Shown here: piece after piece, positions 10,709-20,000 of the stretch | Position numbering within the stretch: the stretch's first letter is position 1 | How the letters are laid out: every line of letters starts with the position of its first letter | NCBI GenBank assembly: GCA_008632985.1 | Contig: QPGO01000204.1 | Span: 113,248-133,247, forward strand | DNA: 20,000 bases | Origin: Psammoneis japonica | Lineage: Eukaryota | Reading direction: 5' to 3' | Program-made: the position numbers and the translations under genes | The notes under the pieces: model-generated | Told to the model about the DNA's origin: nothing | Databases searched by the model: none | Seen by the model: the letters and a program-made list of their open reading frames with translations, nothing else

Positions 10709-11008
10709 AAAGCAGGCTGTTCTTGTGTCGTAATGTCGTTCTGGGGGCTGACTTCTCGGCAAGGTGCTTATCACTGGAGAAAGCTTGCAAAAAGTCTTGA
10801 TATACATGAAACAATGAAGCGATAGGCATCTTTTCTCTCTTCGAAAGGGCGTCTTAGTGGAGGTTCTTGTGAACACTCCCTGTACCGAGTGTTTTGTACA
10901 TTCAGAAAAGTTGAATGTGCTCTGTATCCTTATCTTCTACATACTGGTGGCGCGATTGGAGGTGACGCTGCTTCTTGGGATGGTACAGTAGTGATAGATA
11001 CCTGGAGT

Positions 11009-11228
11009 GGCGGCGGCGGTTGCGGCGTACCATAACGAAGAAGAAGTTGGGATGGACCTGCTGCTGCTAACCTTGGACCTTCTGCTGCTAACCTTGGACC
11101 TACGAAAGTAATATAGTAATTTGTGGTGATGCTTGGCGGCGGCGGCGGAGCATAACGAAGAAGAGGAATTTGGGATGGACCTGCTGCTGCTAACTTTGGA
11201 TCTACGAAAGTAATTGGTGGTGATGCTT
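11009..11228. repeat. Imperfect tandem repeat (about 126 + 94 bp units, internal 21-bp duplication); also in copy 2 (~14494-14713)
   Basis: GGCGGCGGCGG...CATAACGAAGAAGA...GGGATGGACCTGCTGCTGCTAAC...TACGAAAGTAAT...GTGGTGATGCTT occurs twice. Confidence 0.85.
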
Positions 11229-11730
11229 ATGGGCCACGAAGCATTGCAGAGCATAATAGACCTGGACCAAGAATACACGGTGACGACACGTACGGCCCTG
11301 CTTCTCTAGCATTCTAGGAACCCCTGTGGATACCCGAGATGGTCTGGACACGTATTGAGCATGGGCCTGGACCTTACGCACGCCGAAGTGTTGGGAACAC
11401 GTACGGACCCGGGCGTGGAATGAGTGCAGATCGATTTCGCCTCCTAGACTAAGTGAGGTGATTCGTACGGACCATCACAGCCACACGCACCTCGTGTCCT
11501 ACCACACACTCATACGGTTTGGTGTAAGGTATGCTCTCTAGAACAAAAATCCCGAGCTTACTGCCGCTGCTCGCTCTTGCGATCGCAGCTTCTCTTGCAT
11601 TATGTGGTACTCGTACAGAAGGGCGAGTAGCGATACCACAGAATTCAAAATCACCTTGCTACCTGTCTCTATTTTAGCAAATTACAAAAATAGTATAAGT
11701 ACAAGTGCTACAAGTGCCGCACATTTTGAC

Positions 11731-11850
11731 TTTCCCGAATATTGCATGTCGTATTTCCTGAATAATGCATGTCGTATTTTCCGAATACTACATCTTGCAT
11801 TCCCAAAGGTTTTTCGTTGCATTCCCCGAACATTGCACGGTGCATTCCCC
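11731..11850. repeat. Degenerate ~23-bp tandem array (about 5 units); also at ~15224-15343
   Basis: TTTCCCGAATATTGCATGTCGTA / TTTCCTGAATAATGCATGTCGTA / TTTTCCGAATACTACATCTTGCA / TTCCCAAAGGTTTTTCGTTGCA / TTCCCCGAACATTGCACGGTGCA. Confidence 0.75.
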
Positions 11851-13474
11851 TTTCCCAAACACATCACATGGTCATTGTTGCTCATGATGCCCGAGCCTCC
11901 CTGGCTGCCACCCATGACATGGACAACATTGTTGAGCACCTGCAGGTAAAGTGCATCCGTCGCCTTGGTCCTGTCGCAACCACCTGATCGACTCAGAATG
12001 CCAAGAAATTATAGAGGAGGGGTTGTTCAAGGAATTAGAGAGCCCGTCTATGTAACAAAGGAAGCTGCTATGGGCAATACAAGGAAACAAAAGAGCAATT
12101 CAAGGACGTGAGGACCCGCAAGCATGTGGACTCAGACTTCTGTGAATCTTGCACCTGTAGCCAAATCGATGCAAAGCACAGTTGCACCCCTCGTTTGTAA
12201 CTCAAAGGGGCTTTATCGAGTCCCTCATACCATCATAATCGAAATGTAACTATGACCAGTAGAGAACAGATGTTGATGCGAGTGTTTTCTCGGCATGCTG
12301 GGGTTTGCCAGTTCAATCTGTCGTGGCATGTTGCCTCTCCTCGAGGTCGTGGCATGTAGCTCCTAGTCGCAATTAACCATTAACAGCACTAGACTATATT
12401 ACTTTGTCAAATTACTCATTGATAAACCCATTCTCACCATTGCAGCAATGATTTCTAGCGCTTGGAGCCTTGCAGAGAGAACCACCTGCACACACCAAGT
12501 TCCGGATCAATCCTGCTTTCGGGCCTCAATGTCACTAATTGTGTTTGTTGACTTTTGACATTGCTTATATTCAATGCACTCCTATGTGTTAGATGCTTCC
12601 TGGACTATTGTAAAGTATTCAATCTATATTGATAACGAACTACGCATCTTTCCGTGCATGCAAAACGATGGAAACAGGTGTCCGACAAAAGGGTTCCGGC
12701 CAGCTATCGTCATTTACCTGTCGCTGGCAGCATTTTCTACAGTTTGATCCCGATCTTAGAAACATTGACCGTTTAAAAACGCCTCTTTGCAGACAATATG
12801 AACAATTTAAGCCGTGCTCCGAATCGATTTGGTTGGAGCTAGCACGTTCGTGGGATCCGAGGTGGAACTGCTTGAGGCTCCTCAGAAACTCGCATGGACT
12901 TTTGACACCTGATAACCACCCAGGATCGTCTCACTTAGTCATATAGGGAGGCGTTTGAGCCATTAATTGAAACTTTTGGATGGTTTAACACAGGCATTGA
13001 GTCGATTTGATTGTCGCAAATGATCGTGACAAGCAAGAATTGCCGCGCTTGCTTTTGTTTTTGACACGGAAAACACTGCCAAAGAAAGAGCTTATCCCTT
13101 TAAAAGTCATCTTTATCGAGTATATCGTCCATGACATGGGTACCTACATAATGCATTACATTTTAGACCTCCAAAACATTTGCTGTCGTGCCGGATGCAG
13201 AGGAAACAAAGAAATTGAGTGAAAAGTTCAGATGATGATCAAAGGCATTGAATGAAGATAACATGCTTTATTACCCATACCTTATGATCATAATGAGGTT
13301 TAAACATACTCTCCAGGTGATTCTTACACTTGGTGTTAAATATTGCCGCCGCCGCAACCGATCCCATGGTCGACTTCAGTTGCGTCGCGTGTCGCGTTTT
13401 GGAAAGAAGAAGTTGATTTTATGGGTTATGAGCGTTTTAGTCGAAACGCGCGGACGTGGCCCAAAAGCATCGTG

Positions 13475-13529
13475 ATTGTCCCATAATTGTCCCATAATTG
13501 TCCCATAATTGTCCCACAATTGTCCCACA
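13475..13529. repeat. 11-bp minisatellite x5
   Basis: (ATTGTCCCATA)3(ATTGTCCCACA)2. Confidence 0.95.
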
Positions 13530-13665
13530 CCCTCCATGCCGAATGCCGACACGCCGACACCGAGATAAAGAGTAATTTGAGAAATGCCCAAGTCACGACC
13601 ACAACGAGGATTCAAAGGTCAGGTGAGCCAATCATACCACTCAACCCTTGTTCCTGCCAACAAAA

Positions 13666-14194
13666 AAAGAACGAAGAAACGCCTTGAAGCATGGGCTAGA
13701 GACCGTCCAAACGACGCCATTTTCTACGTGATGTATCTTGACACCGGCTGGTACATTGATGCGAGCAATGAGGCCAACAGAGTTGATTCGTTAATCATTC
13801 GTTTGATCCAACCTGCAAACTGGTCCGAGTCAATGTTGGAGGGTACTTGCACGTTGCCATCAAATCCTGTATGAACATTGTTCCTGGAGAATTTCTGATT
13901 TACGACTACCAGTTTGATACAAGGGATATTTACAAGTTTCTCTGTAGATGCGGTGCTGCTAAACGTCAAGGCACCTTGGTGGGAAAGGAGTTCCAAGATT
14001 GTGCCGAGCAGAAAACAAAGGGACAGGAACGAGGAGGTGCGAGGGTACGCTTGTACCGCGACAAGACATTTCTTGAGGACCTTAAGAGACACGCAGCACA
14101 CAGACATTTGCATGTTTCAGATCTTGTGCCGTGTACTACCAAGACGAGACCGTTGCGAGTGGACCGCAAGATTGCGATCGAGAGTTTGCAGTGA
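13666..14194 (+). pseudogene. Duplicated C-terminal fragment of the SET-postSET pseudogene
   Basis: FYVMYLDTGWYIDA..., GEFLIYDYQF...CRCGA; same frameshift as copy 1, but CGA where copy 1 has TGA. Confidence 0.85.
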
Positions 14195-15357
14195 AAAGCA
14201 GGCTGTTCTTGTGTCGTAATGTCGTTCTGGGGGCTGACTTCTCGGCAAGGTGCTTATCACTGGAGAAAGCTTGCAAAAAGTCTTGATATACATGAAACAA
14301 TGAAGCGATAGGCATCTTTTCTCTCTTCGAAAGGCGTCTTAGTGGAGGTTCTTGTGAACACTCCCTGTACCGAGTGTTTTGTACATTCAGAAAAGTTGAA
14401 TGTGCTCTGTATCCTTATCTTCTACATACTGGTGGCGCGATTGGAGGTGACGCTGCTTCTTGGGATGGTACAGTAGTGATAGATACCTGGAGTGGCGGCG
14501 GCGGTTGCGGCGTACCATAACGAAGAAGAAGTTGGGATGGACCTGCTGCTGCTAACCTTGGACCTTCTGCTGCTAACCTTGGACCTACGAAAGTAATATA
14601 GTAATTTGTGGTGATGCTTGGCGGCGGCGGCGGAGCATAACGAAGAAGAGGAATTTGGGATGGACCTGCTGCTGCTAACTTTGGATCTACGAAAGTAATT
14701 GGTGGTGATGCTTATGGGCCACGAAGCATTGCAGAGCATAATAGACCTGGACCAAGAATACACGGTGACGACACGTACGGCCCTGCTTCTCTAGCATTCT
14801 AGGAACCCCTGTGGATACCCGAGATGGTCTGGACACGTATTGAGCATGGGCCTGGACCTTACGCACACCGAAATGTTGGGAACACGTAGGGCCCTACGGA
14901 CCCGGGCGTGGAATGAGTGCAGATCGATTTCGCCTCCTAGACTAAGTGAGGTGATTCGTACGGACCATCACAGCCACACGCACCTCGTGTCCTACCACAC
15001 ACTCATACGGTTTGGTGTAAGGTATGCTCTCTAGAACAAAAATCCCGAGCTTACTGCCACTGCTCGCTCTTGCGATCGCAGCTTCTCTTGCATTATGTGG
15101 TACTCGTACAGAAGGGCGAGTAGCGATACCACAGAATTCAAAATCACCTTGCTACCTGTCTCTATTTTAGCAAATTACAAAAATAGTATAAGTACAAGTG
15201 CTACAAGTGCCGCACATTTTGACTTTCCCGAATATTGCATGTCGTATTTCCTGAATAATGCATGTCGTATTTTCCGAATACTACATCTTGCATTCCCAAA
15301 GGTTTTTCGTTGCATTCCCCGAACATTGCACGGTGCATTCCCCTTTCCCAAACACAT
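13666..15357 (+). repeat. Direct segmental duplication, copy 2 (1692 bp)
   Basis: Matches 10180-11864 (offset 3486 to 3493). Confidence 0.97.
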
Positions 15358-15383
15358 TGAGGACGAGTCGTATCGATTCGAAA

Positions 15384-16552
15384 TCAAGGCAAAGGGAGTC
15401 CGGCCTTCTTGCGTTGGGAACGAGTCATACGGGCCGGAGTCTCGGCAGCCTTCTTGCGCGGGGTCTCGAACGCAGTATCACCTGCAACAGTGACCTTCTT
15501 CTCGGGGGTGACATCGGTGCTGGGCTCTGGGGTAGTAGCGCCATTCGCCACATTTTCCTTGGCCGCGGTGGCGCCGCTGTCCTTCTTGCTCCAGCTCATA
15601 CGACGAGGCCACCAAGAGCCGCCATTGGCAGTTCCGTCCTTGTTGGCAACGTTGGTTCCTTCCGAGACGGCAGCGACGGTAGACGTCTTCTCCTTCTTTT
15701 TCTCCTTCTTATCTACTTTGAGTTGAAGAAGCCCGCTGGCAACAGAGAAACAGAATCGACGTTGTGAGCACAACAAAGGACAATGGACTGTGGAGGCTGG
15801 CATGGCACTTACAGCTCTTCAGTGATCACCGCCTCTTTCTTTTTTGTCTGTAGACTTTCCATCCGAGCTTCAATGAGATCTTTCTCTGCGGCCTTTTCAT
15901 CCCTGATGAGGCTGACATGCAAGTCGGTCCCCTTCTGGGCTTGTGCCGCAAAGACAGACGCAGAGTCGAGGTGCTTCTGCTCATTTTCCACGAGCTTCTC
16001 GCGCAGCTCTTTGTTTTCCTTCGCATTTTGCACGGAGACTTTAGCCATCTCTCGCATCAAATCATTGTTGGCCTTGAGCTCTGGTTTCGCGTCTTTCCGA
16101 CGACCGACCGCGTTGAGGTTGGCCTCGATCAAGAGAGCTTCCGTCTGCTTCTGCAACTCAGCCTCCGTGGCAAGTCTATCCTTCTTGAGCTTCATTTTCG
16201 CAAGCTTGGTGTCGGTGTCGTCGGAGGCTGCACTCTCCGGGGTACCATCAGCATCATGGTTGGTGGCAGCTATGGCGGCCGCCTTGGGCCCCGGCGTGAC
16301 GACCTTGGCGGGAAGAGAAGGCATGCACTTGTCACGAGCAACCTTCCAGCGGGGCTTGCTCTTGGATAGCCATCTTCCCACCTTCGCTTCCTCGCCCGGA
16401 AATTCATCGTGGAGCTCAGGAATCATCGCATACAATTCCGACGCTGGGAAGCCGGGCACGAAGATGTAATCCAACTCTCCACGAATGGCGGGATCGACCA
16501 CTAACCTGCGCATCGTAGGGTTCTTAGAGTATTTACAGGATGAAGTACTCAT
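15384..16552 (-). CDS. Two-exon hypothetical protein, about 363 aa, central coiled coil and Lys-rich C-terminus; join(16552-15813, 15735-15384)
   Basis: ATG 16552 (MSTSSCKY); 77-bp intron 15812-15736 with GTAAGT donor and CCAG acceptor joins ORFs 15809-16648 and 15384-15803 in frame (EEL|GLLQLKV); 1092 nt, no internal stop. Confidence 0.82.
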
Positions 16553-16699
16553 CTTGGAGATAGATACAGTGATCGTAGTCGTAGGAACCGAAAGAGCAGG
16601 GACCGAAAGAGCAACAACGTTTGATACGCCGCAACAATGACAGGTCATCGAGGACTCGTTTTCGATCGTTCCATCTCCCGAGCGCCGGCCTCGGCGACG

Positions 16700-16930
16700 T
16701 TATTTTTGAACAGAATATGAAGAAATATTAATGAAGTGAGTATAATGATATGGAAATCAAGCTGGCCGGATGATTTATATATTAGTCCCTTTCGGTTGTA
16801 TATGGATTTTGAATTATTTGTAAACCTTCATGGTACAAGGATTGAAAAATAACATTATCTATGGACTCTAAGGTAGTTTAATTATGAATATTGCAGTAAA
16901 GCTTCCTATAAGAAATCACGTAGGTAGACA
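16700..16930. promoter_or_regulatory. AT-rich intergenic region between divergent genes (possible bidirectional promoter)
   Basis: AT/TA-rich stretch between ATG 16552 (-) and ATG 17042 (+); position-based inference only. Confidence 0.35.
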
Positions 16931-17041
16931 AGCTACTCAGATACACGCATCGATCGAGAACGGCACGACTATCAACGGAAAAAACAAATATTGGAACCTG
17001 CGCGCGACACGCCCCATGCATCCCATCCGAATCCATTCACA

Positions 17042-17570
17042 ATGTCACTTCTGGAAGTGCTGCGACGACGGAAAATGACGACGACACCCGGCGCTGTGCC
17101 TCCTCAGATCCTATCTGCGTTGGAGGAGCTTCGCACACCCTCGAGCTACTTCAATTCAGAAGAAGCAGCAGCCGATCTTGTCTTGTTCTGCGCATGTGAG
17201 GACGAAATCTCTCAGTCGCTCACCGAAGCCGGATTTCTTGAGACAATCATTGGTGCAATGGATCACGATGGGCAAAGCAACTCCTTTTGCTTGTGTGTCA
17301 TTCATGTGCTCAGCAAATTTGTGCAGTCAAAGGAGGACAATGCAGAAGAAATCCTTGGAAAGAAAGGCGGTCTCAAAAGAACAGTTTGTCTGATGGACAC
17401 ATTTGAGGAGAGAGTCTGACAAAGACATTCAAATGCTGGGAGTTTTGTGCCTCTTTCATCTCACAAAAGAAACCAGAGGAAAAAGCATGGTTGAAATGGT
17501 GGCAAGCATCATGGAGTGCATTGCCACAGCCACAGAAACTCACAAAGACCCTGTCTTGATTGCTGGTTTT
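17042..17570 (+). pseudogene. Armadillo/ARM-like helical-repeat protein, decaying toward its 3' end
   Basis: MSLLEVLRRRK...EAGFLETIIGAMDH...VIHVLSKFV...GGLKRTVCLMDTF, frameshift ~17410, then SDKDIQMLGVLCLFHL; ARM-like GG/AG-hydrophobic helix pattern. Confidence 0.55.
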
Positions 17571-20000
17571 GGTCTTTGTTTTTGTTTTTGTTTCATGATC
17601 ATTGCTTCAATGCTTCGGTGCAAAAGACATCTTGAGTTTTGCCTCTTGAGCCACCCACTTGATGTTGAGGTTTCTGCAAAGAACTGCTTGTGCTGTGGCT
17701 GGTTGAAAGGTTGCCCACACTCTTGTGGCTCACAGCTTGAGGCATGATGGAGTCAGCAGTTCTCTGTGCTTGACCTTTGCCCATCAGACTCGCTGTCACA
17801 ATGTGCCTTCTCCTGTTGACACCATTGTCTCCATCAAAGTCCAGAGTCCAGACTGCCCCAGCCATTGGCAAAACAGGAGCTTCTGTGGAACTTTTCTGCC
17901 TGCTTCACTGCCACAAAGCAGCTCTTGGCAACAATGCCACCCCCACATCATGCCTGGCTGCAGCAAAGGACTGTCTTCCAAGCTGCCATCTGAGATGCCC
18001 AACTTGGGTTTGTGCTGAACTCTTCACTCTTCCCGTCACAAAAACAAGGTGTTTCTGGTTCTGATGGCAATGTGCTGGAGCCTTCCTGCACAGCTTCCCA
18101 GGTGCACACCAGTGCCTCCAGAGTGCCAGCCCAGCCACAACAGCTGCACCATCTTTGCTGGGGCTTTGCCAGCAGGTCGCTGTGCCAAGGCTGCCACAGT
18201 CTTGGACAACAGCAAGTCAAAGCCGATGCAGCCATGACAGTGCTTTGTGGTGCCATCAGCATGGAGTGGTGTGAGCTTGCTGGACTGCCCGACCCTGCAT
18301 GCCACATCCCCTTGCAGTTGAGTGCCAACCTGAGAGACACAGTCATGAAGAATCCCTGCCCAAGCCAAAGCTGGAGCTGGCATGTGAGCCCCTGTTGGCA
18401 CCCCATGCTGCACTGCTGCAAAATGGCACAAGCTTCCTGAAGCTTGCTTGTGTTGGTGCTGCTGCCATGGGCCAACTTGTCAACACACCACTCTGCCCCC
18501 CAACACAAGCAAGATGGTGCGCACTTTTCTGCAGCTCTGGCTGGGATGACAGATGTGCACTCCAAGCAAACTGCAGTGCATGCTCCCAAACAACAGCCCG
18601 TTGAAGGTGCTTCTCATGTCTCTGGCTGATGCCAGCCTGTGGTTGGCTGTCAAAAAAGCAGGGGTCAAGAAGGACAGATCATCAGCTGCAGGAGAGCATG
18701 AGTTCCCTGCCATGTGCTCAGCAACAAGGCACTGGCACATTGGAAGCACCACAGTTGTGTGGGTGTGGGTGGGGGGGCATGACACCACTTGCAAGTGTGG
18801 CTGCTCAGGTCAAGTGACCCACCTGAGACATGTGCGCATCCACAAACGGCTGGGAAATGCTGCTGGCAAGAAGGGCCTCTTGGAGGTGCAGCCACCCTTG
18901 GTCACAAAGAAGCTTGCAAAACTCTGGCTCTGGCTGTGTGTTTAAAAAGTGAAAAAGCTTTGAGTGAAGTTTGGTTTGAGAGTCATCAAGCATGCAAATG
19001 ACAGCTGCTTCCTGCACAGCAGACTGCTGCCTCTCATTTTTTCTCAAGAGCTTGCTCAGAATGCAGGGTCCAAAGCAAGCAGTCAAGCTGGCAAGTGTTT
19101 TCTTCTCCCCAGCCCTGTGCAAATGCAATGGCACAACTTGAACAGCCAAACTGTGCTGCCAGAGGAGCACACGTGGAGTTGGCAGCTGGCCTGGGGCTGC
19201 CAAGCTGGCAAGGTGCTCCGCTTGGTGGCGCACAGCACACTCAGTTGCTCTCACATTGTCACCCTGCAGCTGCACCATGCACACCCACCCTTTGAACCAG
19301 CAGCAACCACCCCAGTCAGTGAAGAAGATGCCAACAAATCTCTGGCCCTGCTTCTGTGGTTGATTTTGTGTGCGTTCTCAATGGCTTCAATCCCCTCCTT
19401 TTTCCTTCTTCCTTTTTCCCTTTGGTCTGGCCAGGAACATGAAAAAATTGCCAACAAAATTTGAACCATTCACAATTTTTGGCATGCAAACAAATGTGTC
19501 TTCAGAGCTGATGGTGACAAGAGGTGCTCACAATGAGACCCAATGGAGCAAGACAGATGCTCTGGTGCAAAAGCTTAAAAGATGATGGATCATTTCATGC
19601 AAGGCAAAAAGTCATCAGACATTGCAAGATGTTTGCAGCAGTGCTTGTGGTGGCAACTTTTGGTGGGTGGGTGTGCTTTGATGCTGCTTTTCAGTCTGGG
19701 GTTGGCTCTTGTCATCCTCTGGTCCAGCAGCTGCAGCTGCACATTGTCCCACACACAAGAAAGTCTTTCATGCTGAAGTGCTGCCAGCACAAGAAGCAGG
19801 TCTGACCGTCTGCAAGCACACAAAAAATCAAGCCCAGCTGCTGGCTGCCCGCCCCTCTCATCATCCAAGCAGACAAGGCATGAGGCTCTGTGTTTGGCAT
19901 CTCTTTTTGCCACCTTTCAAGAAGCCAGTGCCAGCATTGCACACATGTTGGAACACTCCGTTGGTTCTTTCAGGCACCAAGAAATGCCCATCATCTCCAG
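17150..20000. other. TpA- and CpG-depleted, TG/CA-rich hypermutated domain; original identity unrecognisable beyond ~17570
   Basis: Only 2 TA dinucleotides (18943, 19576) in about 2850 bp; under 20 CG in 17400-20000 by manual count. Confidence 0.9.

Larger units (their letters stand above)
10180..11864 (+). repeat. Direct segmental duplication, copy 1 (1685 bp)
   Basis: Matches 13666-15357 except 5 substitutions, a 1-bp and an 8-bp indel seen by eye. Confidence 0.97.

Noticed and set aside
13423..13433. Second PBS-like GGGTTATGAGC
   Set aside because: Not preceded by an LTR ending in CA and not followed by gag; likely chance.
11865..13470. Short ORFs between the duplicate copies as genes
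   Set aside because: Short, no recognisable domains and no convincing splice structure.
13475..13529. CRISPR array
   Set aside because: Contiguous 11-bp units with no spacers, no cas genes, eukaryotic context.
15258..16469. Plus-strand ORFs 15258-15767, 15783-16469 and 15917-16369
   Set aside because: Antisense shadows of the spliced minus-strand gene.
17600..20000. Many overlapping 60-210 aa ORFs as real genes
   Set aside because: Tyr-free, Cys/His/Trp-rich, present in all frames and without motifs; explained by loss of TAA/TAG.

Overview
Eukaryotic genomic DNA, most likely a diatom (inferred from the CoDi-like copia element and short GT-AG introns). It contains a full-length but inactivated Ty1/copia LTR retrotransposon at 1733-9152 (TG...CA LTRs, CTCAA target-site duplication, half-tRNAiMet PBS, PPT, an extra upstream ORF, gag and PR-IN-RT-RH pol), probably inserted in an intron of a host gene. 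Downstream are an AWS-SET-postSET (Set2/NSD-like) pseudogene, a 1.69-kb near-identical direct duplication, an intact two-exon orphan coiled-coil gene and a decaying ARM-like gene. The main discovery is a regional, double-stranded, directional hypermutation that erases TpA dinucleotides (TA->TG or TA->CA, i.e. A:T->G:C), the reverse of fungal RIP. All 14 TpA sites of the 3' LTR are changed in the 5' LTR, conserved Tyr codons of pol read Cys or His, and TpA is strongly depleted in ~1-8770 and almost absent from ~17150-20000 but normal in between. All counts are manual.
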